Translations under genes and position numbers: made by a program
Source: Ramazzottius varieornatus
Taxonomy: Eukaryota > Animalia > Tardigrada
Reading direction: 5' to 3'
NCBI GenBank assembly: GCA_001949185.1
Contig: BDGG01000012.1
Coordinates: 1,666,973-1,730,972, forward strand
DNA: 64,000 nucleotides
Part shown: positions 24,384 to 36,966 of the stretch, piece by piece
How the letters are laid out: each line of letters opens with the position of its first letter
How positions within the stretch are numbered: the first letter of the stretch is position 1
Notes under the pieces: model-generated
The model's input: the letters and a program-made list of their open reading frames with translations, nothing else
Told to the model about the DNA's origin: nothing
The model's database searches: none

Positions 24384-25649
24384 ATGGTGTTAATCCATCG
24401 CTATGTCAAAGCAACCGGAAGGTGACGGCTGGTTTGCCAGCGACGACTTTAATATCAACGGTCTGCCCTTGGAAGCAATCTATAACGATAACAGAGATAA
24501 CAGATATGACTTTGCAGCACTCATTCGCTTTGTAGAAATACAAATGCAGAATTTATTGAACGATCAGCAGAAAGGATAGCTAGGTTACTGCTGTACAATG
24601 AGACTTACTTTCTGCGACGATGAAAGCGTGATCACTGTTCAGCAGCCGTCCTCGATGGAGAAGGCAACAACGATTACATTTCCAATGACTTCATTTCCTC
24701 TCCGAGCCTTACATACGATAGCTGTCAGATAAACGTCTTTTGTCACGCAAGATCGAAGACAAACAACTGACACTGTGGTCTGCGGCACAAAACGCCGAAA
24801 ACAGAATGAATAATTATGCACTTACCCGGTCTCACCAGCCTTGCCCAGAGACTGGAAACGCCCATAGAAAATCCGTTCTCTCCTCCTAACAAGCTTAGCA
24901 AGCTGTATCTAGTTGGTCTTGACTGATATTGAATCCCTCCCTACAAGATCGTCAGGATGAAACTTCGAGCTGTAAAGAAGAGCCAATAATCATTTTCTTT
25001 CCTGAAGCTTCGAAAGCGTGAGCAAGAGCATCTGCTCAACAGATGACTGCCATTAGAAGCTACAGTAAAGAGATGAGCACAAAAAGTGTGGGCGTGTCTA
25101 CCGCCCGGGCCCAGCGGAAGCACGTGACAATTCGTCTTGACAACATGAAACGGCCGCAGATTTCATTTTCGCCACGTGCCGGGCAAACTCGTAGTCTCTT
25201 TGGGACCTTAAATTTTTACTGCCCAGTTTTCTGTTCCACTATCACATTGTGCCAAGTACTTCTTAATATGCTGCCCAAAACGTTTCCTCTATTCTTCACG
25301 GCGTAGCAAAGAACAGCTCCAAGCAGCGCGTGCGAGTAAGTATCAGAGATAGGCTAGGTTTTCGCAGCAGCGCCGCCCTGCGACAAACTCTTGTCACTTT
25401 GAACATAAAACCGGGATTCTGGACCGGGATGATGGTTAGATTTGCGGTAGCTGACTTTGAGTTTACCACCACTTGTGGAGGCCTTCAACGATGAGAATTT
25501 CCAACAACAAACAGCCCTTCCGCTTCGTAAATGACAAACCCCATAACCGTCAACAGGAAACCGAGAAGACCAACCAAAAGGAAGTAAAACACTATGTTAC
25601 TATCGCAGAGTCTGACGAAACACAGGTGACTCAACAGCATATTCAAAAG

Positions 25650-27202
25650 CTATATTTCAAAGCCAGGGATGAGATGCTTCAACGCTACCACTGTACAGGC
25701 ATGTTCCGCGTCCTTCTTGGACCGGTGAGGAACTGTACTCGTGTAGGTCTTCTTGCCAACCGTCACGCTCCCGCAGAAAGCCCGACCTGCATACGTGAAT
25801 TCATAGCTGGCCGAATCGATCCCATGGCCAACGCACCATTCCAAAAGGCGACTCTTGGGAGTATGTGTATTGTTGGCTCTTTTCAATCTTTTGGAGATCG
25901 GTGAATAATCCAGGCTTTCGCTAACAATCAGACCATCTTCTGAGCACTGATCACGAGGGCGCTTTTCTGTTGGACTAGCATAGATTATAGCCCCTCTATC
26001 TTCGAGCGACTGGTCATTCGGATCTCTTCCTCTCAGACGGATCTGTTCGTCGTAGTACTTCTCATAGTGGAATATCTCGCAGATCTCCCTAAAGTCTCTG
26101 GTAGCTAAGAACTGCTGTCCTCTGGGTGTACTAGTGTCTCCGAAGAGCTGCTGGATCGCGTATTTAGTGTTTCGGTAGGAGCAGTCAAAGTCGATAGCTT
26201 TCTTCATGTAGTCGGAAATCATCTGTTCGCGAGGTAGCTGGCCCTCCTTCCGAAATAAGGAAGGATTCCGCTGCACGGCTCTGGCCAACATCACGGAAGA
26301 AGCACCACAAGCTAGGCGGAACTTTTCTATGTCTTCGTACGAGTGTACATCGGCGGAGCCTCCATTCGCGATGACCGGAATACTGATGGTGGAAGCTATA
26401 ATTCGGATGGCTTCACAGTTGTTGACGTGACGAGGTCGTTCCTGAAGGACAGGAACAATGCATGTCAATGATCCACGTTGTTAGAAGTTTCAAGTGAAGC
26501 TGGCCGTGACGTCACCACGAAGCCCGTATATTCAGTCATTACGTATTATGTGTACCGTACATTCCGTGACGTTTTAGGTTCTTATAAACAGGTCGTATTG
26601 TGAACTTGCGCATGGTTTTGATCTCGCTGGCTAAAGTACAAAACGATTACCTCTTTCGTCCGGCCATGAACAGCCAAAGCATCGACACCTGTAGTTTCGA
26701 TCCTCTTCACCAGTTCCAGAGTATCCTCCATCCGTGGAAGCAGTCGGATTTTACAAGTGAGCGATTTGGAAAAGACAGCGCGACACTGGCGAAGAATCTG
26801 TTCAATGAGCTCTGGATTCTTCAGCAGTGCCGCTCCCATCCCACCTTTCACACTGTAGTCTTTTGGACATCCCATGTTAATGTCCAGACCTGCGATGTCC
26901 CGTTCCATCATTGCGGCCACTGCTGCGGCTTGTTCAGGAACAGCTGTGCCAATTTGCAGGACGACTCTTTCTGCTTCGTCCGGATGAGTGCGGAAGATGA
27001 TTTCACCGTCAGTGTGAACGTAGTCTATGGTACCAAAAACAGGATTTTCGACTCGCCGACACTGTAGAAGTTTGGTATCCACGATTTCCTCGGAGTAAGC
27101 AATGTCACAACCGTAGTCCAGGCAGAGCAGGCGAAAGGGAAGCGTCCCCATACGGACCATTGGCGCAAGGATTACATCGTTGTCGTACTTGAACCGCTTC
27201 AT
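25650..27202 (-). CDS. DUS2: tRNA-dihydrouridine(20) synthase 2 with C-terminal dsRBD
   Basis: ILAPMVRMGTLPFRLL, DINMGCPK, TCKIR, VHGRTKE|ERP, ANGGS and MLARA, followed by the dsRBD PKSRLLEWC...SKKDAEHAC. One intron at ~26442-26649. Confidence 0.95.
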
Positions 27203-28332
27203 TGTCAAATGTCAGCTACCCCGCTGCCGTTCCTGAACTACTTTCTCACCCCGACTGTATATATCAGCAAAGACACAAACAGTAGCCCCACCCTTACGTT
27301 GCAGGAAAAACCGAGAGACGAGGAGGTCGTCAAGTCGAGATGGAACTGGAAGAATTTGAAATTGAAAAGATTCCACATTCGAGGACCAGAATCTGTTCGA
27401 CATATTCGTAGTGAGAGCATGACGTCATGCACGGGAGGTTCTTTTGGTAAAGATGGCGCCACCTAGCACCCTTAACTACCACTGTCTGGACTTCAGAACA
27501 CTGAGGTTTTCAGTTTCAAAACTTTCCAATATTTTAAAACTGGTTAGACAATACCAGTCCGCGACGGTACCGAAAGAATGTCAGCAACAACGAGAGCCAG
27601 GCTTATTAACTGTTCAACTTCCGGAAAGAAGAAGAAGCAACTACATTTGTGGTTAGCAGCCCTGGCTCTTTGATAGTAGAAACCTTTTGGCTCTTTGAGA
27701 GGGAAGATCCTTCAGGTACCGGAAACGGGCACGTTTGCCCCATCTTGGAGATTATTTCACAAAATTCATTTTAACACATGCGGGCTGGAGTTTACCCAAC
27801 CACGGATCAAGGCGTTTCTAACAGGAGTCTAGACGACGTCGATGCGGAAGTGTACTTGCCGATAACGCATTTTCGGACTTAGGGGCTGGAATTTTATTAA
27901 ATTTGATGTTAGTATGCGAGGCTGGCGCGAACGAAAGAACGTATCCATCTGTCGTCCCGAAAGAGAGTTGTTATCACTCCCGGTTATGTTACGCAACGCG
28001 CCTGTCAGCTAGCTGCTAAAACGGTGGAAATCTTTTCATCAAAGTTGTTAATGACCGTCACGCCGCACGTTCCGGCGAGAAGGCGTTAGCTGAACTGTTA
28101 TGTAATGCCGAAAGGTGCGGAGAGAATCTTCCCAGCCATCTGCTTGCTTATTGTGGTTATGTCAACCATTAGTAACAAGGCTCGTAAAGTCGCAAGAAAA
28201 TGGAGGGATCACGTAATGTTGCGACATGCACTTCGGTCTCGTTTCCCATCGCGAGCACTTTTCCGGCCGTCTCCATGCAGTCATTGAGAGGACGACTTTT
28301 CAAAATCACATAAAGGACCTTCTTACTTTGCC

Positions 28333-29321
28333 ATGTATCGCCAACTCGGACGCGCGGCTAATGGTCTCGTAATATTTCTTTTGTTGGCGAGCGAAAGTCA
28401 AGCAAAGTTTTCTGTTGACTCGGACGATCAAAGGTAAGCCGGTGCCTTAAGCACAGTAGTTCTGCGCTATCTGGCATGTTACCCTGAATACACAAAGACC
28501 AAGCTTCCTTATTCAGATACTAGTGCTCTGATCATTGAAGGTTTACACCGGAAGAATGGGATGGGTCAGGATACCAAAATTTCTTCGGGCGGCTAACACG
28601 ACAAGCTTCAGCGGCTCAATGCTGGCCCAAAGCCACGTTTGGACTACTAGAAACCACTTCCGGGTGTCCGAGTGGCGGCTGGAGTAAAGGTGAAGTGCGG
28701 CACTCGCTGAAGAAACAAGCGTCTGTTTCGCATCCGAACCATCTCAAGACAAAGACTGAGAACGGCGGACTTACGCTGAGCTTCTGCATGAGGAACTCTG
28801 AAGTTCCCGAAGAACGTTCGGAATTCAACTGCGATTCCAGCGACCCAAGTTTCCCACCTGGATCCTACTGTATCCTGAACGGTCAAAAAGCCAATGTTTA
28901 CGAACGTTGTCCTCCGGGGTTCCACTGGTCAGCGGTTGGCTTGGATGACTACGGTCGGAACCCGAATGGTCGGCGAACCGGAAGTGCGCCAACCGGGGAG
29001 TATTTTCCTACTTTCACCCACTATTATTTCTGCTGCCGAAATGATTCTGACCCACAGACCGAGATCCAACTTCCTACCACGCAGCCTTTTATCTTGTTTC
29101 CCATCAACTCCACCCAAAAGTGTCAGGAAGTTCGTGGCCTAAAAGCCAAAGAGATCCACATGTTTCTCAGCACGGAATCAGAGTCGTATGTCGGATTTCC
29201 GGATCGTAAAAACACTCCCTACGCATCAACGGAGATTGTCATCGATGGATTGGGCTCTTGCTCTGGAGACAGAGTGGAAAAAGGCCTGAAACTGCACTTA
29301 TGTTATTACTCTAGATGGTGA
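28333..29321 (+). CDS. Secreted apextrin C-terminal (ApeC) domain protein
   Basis: A signal peptide exon 28333-28433 (MYRQLGRAANGLVIFLLLASESQA) splices in phase 2 to 28541. This gives CWPKATFGLLETTSGCP, LSFCMR, FPPGSYCIL, CPPGF, YYFCCRND, LPTTQPFILF, CQEVRG and LHLCYY, the 8-Cys ApeC pattern. Confidence 0.85.
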
Positions 29322-29515
29322 AGCAGCTGCGTATATCATAGTGTTATGTGTATTTGGCTGCTGTACATCATTGTGTAAATTCCCCACACTGAATTTTGTC
29401 ATTAGTAACTGTCCACTGAATTCTTTACGATTTATCAAGAGCAGCCACGTAAACCGCAGATTACTTTTTTTGGATTCAGTAAGAGTAATAAAACAGTGAC
29501 GGTTCGACCAAAAGT

Positions 29516-30022
29516 TCACCAGAAATGGTGACGCCAGTCTTTGTGATTTTGTTTCTGATTGTGGTACTTGTACAAATACTGTATTCGCTTCGTCAGGTTA
29601 CGCCAAGCGGTGGGCATCAGATGAGGAGCGTAATGAAACATGGCTCGACGCTGGCGAAGTAATCTTTGAAACTCATTTCCTCGGAATCCACGAAGCCAGT
29701 GTGGTCCCTCTGTCAGCATATCCCGAGGATGCAATGACCCGTCTCCCAGAATGTCGATGTAATCGTTCTGACCAAAAGTGGCTCGCTTGTATGACCAAGG
29801 GTTCTTGAGTTGTTGAGGCTTGACCGGAAGAGGCTTCAGATCCGGCGTGACAGGCAGCCGAGGAAGAGGGCCGTTAATGTAGTGCTCAAGTGTGAAACCG
29901 TGACGGCGAGTATACACTGGACGATCTCTATAGCCGCGCACTGCTTGTAGAAGGGGCGACGGACGGCATAGCTTCAGCACCGAACTGAGCAAGCTGCGTC
30001 CTGAAGGAAGTGGAGCAGCCAT
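29516..30022 (-). CDS. MRPL51: Mitochondrial ribosomal protein L51 (intronless)
   Basis: FGQNDYIDILGDG...P-x-WLRGFRGNEFQRLLR...LTKRIQYLYK, with an N-terminal transit-like sequence. Confidence 0.95.
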   Translation of the reverse strand: MAAPLPSGRSLLSSVLKLCRPSPLLQAVRGYRDRPVYTRRHGFTLEHYINGPLPRLPVTPDLKPLPVKPQQLKNPWSYKRATFGQNDYIDILGDGSLHPRDMLTEGPHWLRGFRGNEFQRLLRQRRAMFHYAPHLMPTAWRNLTKRIQYLYKYHNQKQNHKDWRHHFW

Positions 30023-30437
30023 GATGCGGGGAAGCTGTCTCAGTCTGAGCCGGTCAGTCTCTGGCCCGTACTTCGCAGATCCAATCTGCTAGCAACGTTA
30101 CACGCATAAACCGCACCCCTGAAACTGAAACTGAAAGGCTGGATGATCAATTTCGCCAACACGCTTACGACGAACTGATCCACCTGGAAGGCTGGAACGA
30201 TAAGCACACTGTTCAGAGCGTCAGGGCTTTGCCAACGCGAGAGAAGGATCTGCCAAGAAAGAGGAGAGTGCTAAATAGATCACATCTTCCAGAGTTCGGA
30301 CCGGAAGTAGAGCTTCTACCGGAAGCGAGGAAGCCTGAAACTGAATGAATAAAAACGCAATAAGCAGCCAAGCTGGGTTTGCGATAATACTCATGTACGC
30401 ACCACCCATCAAAAATATCCCCGTACGTTTAGAAGAT

Positions 30438-30651
30438 TGAGCAGTGGGCAGAATGGATCAGTAAGGCGGGACTAGTTTGTGAAGTATGAAGTGGGGCATG
30501 ATATAAAGAACATCCGTAAATGACCAATCAAAGCATAAAACCTGTCATTTTGACAATCTTGATTGGCCAATTAAAGGTAATTTTCCTTTCATTCCCGCTC
30601 CATACTTTACAAACTAGTCCCGCCTTACTGATCCACTCTGCCCACTGCTCA
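30438..30651. mobile_element. MITE with ~52-bp TIRs in the MRPL51/LUC7L3 divergent promoter
   Basis: tgagcagtgggcagaatggatcagtaaggcgggactagtttgtgaagtatg pairs with catactttacaaactagtcccgccttactgatccactctgcccactgctca. It is flanked by a 3-bp direct repeat gat. Confidence 0.85.
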
Positions 30652-30891
30652 GATAAGCCAGCAGTTAATCGTTCGAGCGGTAGAAAAGCTCTGCGTCTGC
30701 GTCATAGACAGCTTCTGTGTCAACGATGCCGCGCCAGAGGGGGGAAGCGTTTATACTACTGTCAGTCTCACTGTCGATAGCTGTATAAAGCGGAATCGAT
30801 CATTCGAGGTTCTAGAGATCTCCCTTTCGATCACCTCCAGCTCTTGGAAATCGAAGCGTGGCCCGGGAGCTGCTGGGTACAACGCGGAATC

Positions 30892-32860
30892 ATGGCGAAG
30901 GACTTCATGGCTCAAATGCTGGACGAGCTGATGGGACGCAACCGGAATGCTGCTCCTAATGAACGCCAGGAAATGAGCTGGGAAGATGAGACTGTAATAA
31001 GTGACTTTTTACATGTCTTGTTGTTCCTTCCAGATTTTGTTGTGTGCAAGGTAACTCACACAATGTTCACTTCGTTGCAGGTTTGCAAACATCATCTCGT
31101 AAAATACTGCCCTCATGAGCTCTTTCTGAATACGAAAGCTGATATGGGAATCTGTAAGCTGTTGCACGACGACAACTTCAAAGAGCAGTAAGTTGGGCTG
31201 TGAATCTTATCTCTTTTTCGGGTACGATTATGGGAGATACTACGGTTACCGTGGTTATTGCATACAGGTACCAGAACAGCCCGAAGAAAGGCAAGATGGG
31301 ATACGAAGAAGAGTTCCTACGTTTCATTAGGCAAATGGTCCAGGATGTCGATCGCAGAATTGATCGAGGCAAAGGACGTTTAGAGTCAACTCGCCAGGCT
31401 GCTGTAGGTTTATTTTGTAACATCCCGAATGCCCAGACCTCATTCCGTTACGTCTTCTTTAGCAGACGGAAAACATGCATGCTAAGAACGATGAGCGGTT
31501 ACGTGAACTTTCGGAGAAGATCGATGCTCTGGTCCAGGAGGTACCGCTCGAGTTCCCGTTCTGTTTCCCGTCGGCCGTAACATTCGATGTTTTTTTAGGC
31601 CGGCAAGCTTGGTGCTGAAGGTAAAGTGGAGGAAGCACAGCAGAAACTTCGGCAGTCCGACCAGCTGAGAAAGGATCGCGATGGACTGAGACAGGTATGT
31701 TACCTACGTCAAGTTTATCAGTTTGGTCGTTTCGGGAAACATACTTGATCGATCGGTTAATTATGTTTTATTTTCCAGACAATCGAAATGGCAATACAGC
31801 AGGAGAAGCAGCTTGAAGTGTGCCAGACCTGTGGAGCGTTCCTGATTGTGGGAGATGCGCAACAACGAATCGATGACCACTTAGCTGGAAAACAGCATAT
31901 GGGGTACGCCCGCATAAAGGAGACGCTGAAAGAAGAAGAGGTACTGTAGATACTGCACGTTGAAATAATAATCATTCTCCATAACAATCTTTCTTGTAGG
32001 AGAAGATAAGGGCGGAACTGGAGGAACGTCGAAAGTCGCGCAGCTCGCGTGGTGGCAGTCGTGAAAGGAGCGAACGCGGCGACAGAAGCGATAGGGATGA
32101 CCGAAGAAGCCGAAGAGATCGTAGTCGGGAGAGGTGTGTTATTAGTCTTTTAGTCAACACTAGAAGACTATTATGTTGACCTTGTTCAAAATTCATGATG
32201 GGAAATACAAGTGGGTTCTGTCTACTGCAGTGTACTGTGCCCGCTTGATTATACCTGTTTTTTGCTTGTTCTCTAGATCCAAGCGTCGTTCTCCGTCGCG
32301 GGAAAGAAGCAAGAGGCATCGTTCGCGTGGCGAAAGCTCTGACAGGCGTGTCCGTCGTCGGTCGAGAAGCCGCGAAAGCCGACACCGACGAGACCGCTCC
32401 CGCGAACGGGCGAATGGAAGAGAGTCGGGTCGCCGGGATCGATCAGTTAGTCGTGAACGTGATTCGAAATCTCGTCGTGCTGATCGGTCGAAAGAGCGTA
32501 GGTCCAAACGTCGTTCTAGGTCTCGTGAAGAAGTCAAGCGACGATCTCGCGACGACGATTCGAACTCCAAACGACGCTCGACTTCCTCCTCCGGTATGCC
32601 ACGAAACTCTGTCGATTGATGCTTTTTTTCCAAAGAATATACTCATGTTTTATGGCCGAATCACCGAACCGACCAGAGCGAAAATAGTCCCGGCTACTGA
32701 ATCTGTGTTGTTGCTTTTAGGAAGCTCTAACCGCGTAAAGCCGGAATCTGCCAAGAACGGCAACGGAATGAAACAGGACAGTCCACAGGTACTCTCAGTC
32801 GATTCCATCCATCTCCCGCAAAATGGTGGTGGTGAAATGTCAGTCGACGAGCGTGACTAG
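30892..32860 (+). CDS. LUC7L3: Luc7-like protein 3 (U1 snRNP-associated splicing factor)
   Basis: AQMLDELMGRNRN, a CCCH finger VCKHHLVKYCPHELFLNTKADMGIC..HD, a second finger EVCQTCGAFLIVGDAQQRIDDHLAGKQHMGY, and an RS/RD-rich tail. Multi-exon. Confidence 0.93.
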
Positions 32861-33523
32861 ACATTAGCAGGTAAGCGACCTTGAGTTTGTTAATTAGCGA
32901 ACCACATGTTTCCAGCGTTTGACACGGCTGTCTGTGTCCGTATCCAGAAAAGTGCCAAATAATAGAGGTATTCCAGTTTCTTTTCATCACGTTGATAATT
33001 TTGATGCTGCTATGCCTGAGAACTTCATGCCACCAGTTAGCTTTGTCCTACACGCTTTTAAGAATTGCACTGGCTCGCACCGAAAAGAAACTCCGATGTC
33101 GGAGCAGGTACCCATCTAGATTACAGAATTCTGCAGATCTTTCTGCCGTAATCTAGCCCAGTGATCTTGATGCCCAACTTGGAATGCTTTCGACAGATGC
33201 GGGAATAACTTTGAGTTTCCTTTCCACCCTAAGCCTCTTTCGTTGCAGGTCGGCCTACGACGAGAGATTCACCGATCGCGACGGTTGAACAGCAGCTTCG
33301 CAAAGATAATCATCGTTCCACAAACGTACTTTTATCCGAACTCATTACTTTTGCAAAGTCGCCTCTTGAAGTCTTTGTCAATTGTTTGCCACGAATTTGT
33401 CAGAAATTTTTGCCTATTGTTCTTTTCCTCGAGTTGGAGCTAACCATTTGGTCGCATTGCTTCGAAAGGCATCAGCGTCGTGCTCCTCGTACACTTCTCA
33501 GTTCTCACCATATCAATCTTGTG

Positions 33524-33774
33524 TACAGGAGGAGTAAGCATATGTGACCCAGTGAGGAAATGTGTGACCCAGTAGTCTCAGACGGCGCATCCATAGAAAA
33601 GCATGAGACACTCGTAATTAAAATAAAGCCTATGACGTAACGAATTACAGTGTTGTCTATCGTATATAAAAAGTGTTTTTGTTAACGTAATGCATACTTG
33701 ATACATGTCACGCCGTCTGAGACTACTGGGTCACACATTTCCTCACTGGGTCACACATGCTTACTCCTCCTGTA
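33524..33774. mobile_element. MITE, Tc1/mariner IR-DR type, ~62-bp TIRs, TA TSD
   Basis: ta|caggaggagtaagcatatgtgacccagtgaggaaatgtgtgacccagtagtctcagacggcg pairs almost perfectly with the right end ...ttactcctcctg|ta. Each TIR contains tgtgacccagt twice. Confidence 0.9.
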
Positions 33775-33829
33775 CTGCTTATCGATATATTAGGTCTGTC
33801 AGTATGACTGGGGTTTTTTGGAGGGAAAT

Positions 33830-34560
33830 CTTAAAAATTCATATCTCTGGCCTTTGGTGGAAATTCTAGTTTCTTCTTCTCATGAATAACAGTACCTGGT
33901 AGATACAATAGTCTTTTACCCAAGGTATGGAAACTCGGCTCCGTGCATTTGGGTGGTTTTGCACGAGGGTGTTTCGTGATCGCAAATTCTCGAAAATTAT
34001 CTACACCTAGAGTTCTGTTTCTTGCAGCCACACCAAGGCAGCTAAAAATTCAGACACTACGGTAAACGAGACCTCAACGAAGACGCTAGCGAATGATCGT
34101 TTCAGTTCGGCGAGAAAATTTCACACCATTAGTTAGCCAGGTGGGAGGAAACGCCTGGAAAAACTGACTTCGGACGAGGCAAAACTACTTGCTTTGAAAG
34201 CCGGTCAAGAGCAAAACTTTTCAAACTTTGAAAGTGGATAGTAAATACATTGGTGTACTCTCCAATAGCTTTGGCTCTCGTTTTCGTTGAGCAACGATAG
34301 AGAGAAACACTGGAAAGCTTCCACCTCACTAAAGTGACGCACGTCGACAACCACAACTTTCCACCCTGTTTTGCACAAAAGTTCTTTTTCGGAATTCTCA
34401 AACCATATCTTTCAAGGTTTTTTTCTTGCAGTTGACACACCATTTTCAGTAACATAGAACCTTTCAATCCTTCTCGAATTCTAAAAGCCTGTTCCGTGCC
34501 AAAACTTTTTCAAATAGGTTGTGTCCGCAACTGAGGTTTACTCCGTCCGACAGTTTTCTT
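33830..34560 (-). pseudogene. Possible decayed coding/transposon relic
   Basis: Minus-strand protein-like stretches are broken by stops (...CLGVAARNRTLGVDNFREFAITKH...TVIHEKK). The family cannot be assigned confidently. Confidence 0.2.
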
Positions 34561-34935
34561 TTTTCCTGATCTCATTGCGTTGACCAGATCTTGTTTTCTG
34601 AAAAATCGGCAAGAGTCTGTTAGACAGAACATGAGCCAAGTTTTGGATGTCGGTACACTAGCTCTGGAAATTCGTTTGAAAGTGTTCCGCCGAAAACCGC
34701 AAAGTTATACTGACAGACCTAATAACATACGCAGCTGCGTGTTCCTCTGTTGTACCTATTCGAATTATGTACAAGGTAGCTTAGATGAACCAGCGAAGTC
34801 AGATAAAGTCACACAACAAGTTAGTACGGAACAGGAGTGTAGTAGAATAATCATGTAAAAATTCCGAGTTTGACATGCTAGAAATACTAACCGCCCGAAA
34901 AAGACAAGAAAGGGAACTACCGTATTAAGAGAATA

Positions 34936-36966
34936 TCACAAGACTTCTGGTCGTTGTGCAGGAGGCGGACTTTCGTTGTCCGGTGCGCGGTCTTCTGATT
35001 CAACACTACCTCCTCCGTCTGTTTTGTCCACAGGTTTAGTCACAGCAGCGGCGTAACTAATGGGACTCGAAGACAAGGGATGCTCCACCGCCATCGATGG
35101 CGGCGGAGCAGTTTTCTCTAGCCTGAAAAACGTCACTATATACTCTAATACAATACATCGAGACAAGGGAAGATTGACAAATTGGAGGTCGCACTCACTT
35201 GTGTTGCTTAAGTAGCGTACAGTCTCCCCCTTCGTTCGGATCAATAGCGTATATGTACATGTAACCGTCCGATGATGCGATTAGCAGACGAGGAGTTTTC
35301 TGAAGGCTGAAAGCAAAAAGGAATGGAGGTCGGAACGATCAAACAACGAGACATAGAACGGATTTATACTTTGTGATAATACAGATATTGCGCACGCCGG
35401 CGAAGGGATGTCGGACGAGCGCGAAGGACCTTCCTTGGTTCACCACATCGGCGACCTGAGAAGGCAGGTAGGTTGCGGCATTGGCGAGCGCCTTGCCGAG
35501 GTAATTCATCCATCCTTGGTTCTGTGCTTCGACCGGCCTACAGTTCCAACAGAAATATGACTTCTCCATCTTCTGTTCGAATAATAGACGAATAAATGAA
35601 GACGGAAACCTACTTGGTATCCGCTGGCTCGAGCTTGAATACATGGACCGTTTCCGTGTTGCTGGAAGAGGAGAGCAGTACGGCATCGGGGCTGAACGCC
35701 AAGGAATACATGTTGACACATCTGCAACAGACCGTATTGATAACTATTTGAACACAGGTAAGTTGTGAAGTGGCAAACCTCTTCATTCCTCTCCGAAGCT
35801 CAAAGAGCTTGTCTCCAGAAGGAATGGCGAAAACTCGGATAACGGTACCCTGCCAAAGACCTTCCGTTAATACTGTCCTCGCCCACTGTGTAGAGAACAG
35901 TACCTTTTCGGAAGCGGTGGCCAGTCTGATTCCTTCCGCATCGAACGCCATACAGGCCAGCGGACTATCATGAGCGGGGACCATCGTAACAGCTCGCTGC
36001 AAGCAAAATTACAAACGTTATGACATCACTTGATAGGATAGGAAGTTGCAGAGCAGTCACGTACCAGATTCGAAGCGTCGAAGATCTGGACTTCACCGAT
36101 GGTGCTGCTACCAGGATACGCCAAAAAGCAGTTTTCGTCCTTCGAGACTAGGCAGCAAAGGCCATGAGGATTGGGTGGAGTGTCTCGGATAGTATGGAGC
36201 ACTTCCATATTTCTGAAAATGAAAAAACTGATGTTAGAGAACACTCAAAACCAATGCTACGATAATATGCGAGAACTCACCTGATATTGTGAATGTACAG
36301 GCTTTCTTCCAGGCAAACGATCAGACGCTGAAAAGAATTTAAGACTATGAGTTAATCCGCTGTTCTGAGTCGATGGCAAGAATCAAATATGGGGAAGATA
36401 TGTTAGTACCAGTCGGTTGAGTCGAACAGCGAGAATGGTGTTGGAGTAACTGTAATTGCATATTTCCGTTCCCTTCTTGAAGTGGCATACTTTCAGCATC
36501 CGGTGAGCATTCAAACTGACGATAGCAACCAGGCTACTGGAGAACAGTCGTTCCACAATACAGACATCCTTCTCCGTAGCTAGAAAAGAGATGAATCGCC
36601 CAATTAACCATACAACCAACCAAGTCGTAACCACAAAAATTAATGCGAATCAGTCTAGTCCATCGCGGAAGCGAACAACCCTGACAAAGCAGTTCCCACG
36701 AAGAGAATCCATTCCAGATACACCTGAAAAACTTACTGTTCTCGTAGATAAGGTCCAATTTCTCTACGGAGAGGATGGTATACAGCTTGTAACCTTTAGT
36801 CGTTCCAACCGCGAGCGATCTGCCAAACGAACCATCGTTATGTATACAGTGACACAGGTATCATTCTTGCTAAGAGCATTGGTACTCACGTTCCATCCTG
36901 GTTGAAACCTACGAAGAGGACTTCCGACTTGGCACCAGTGGTGCCAGAGCTTTCCGTTTGGCTCAT
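34936..36966 (-). CDS. WIPI2: Atg18/WIPI1-2 phosphoinositide-binding beta-propeller
   Basis: [86 protein letters not shown] and YLPSQVADV. About 10 exons. Confidence 0.95.

Noticed and set aside
28333-30022. Intron-poor ApeC and MRPL51 genes as horizontal-transfer candidates
   Set aside because: Both are typical animal families with composition like their neighbours, and ApeC has a spliceosomal intron.
32193-32633. Antisense Arg/Ser-rich ORF
   Set aside because: It is the shadow of the LUC7L3 RS domain.
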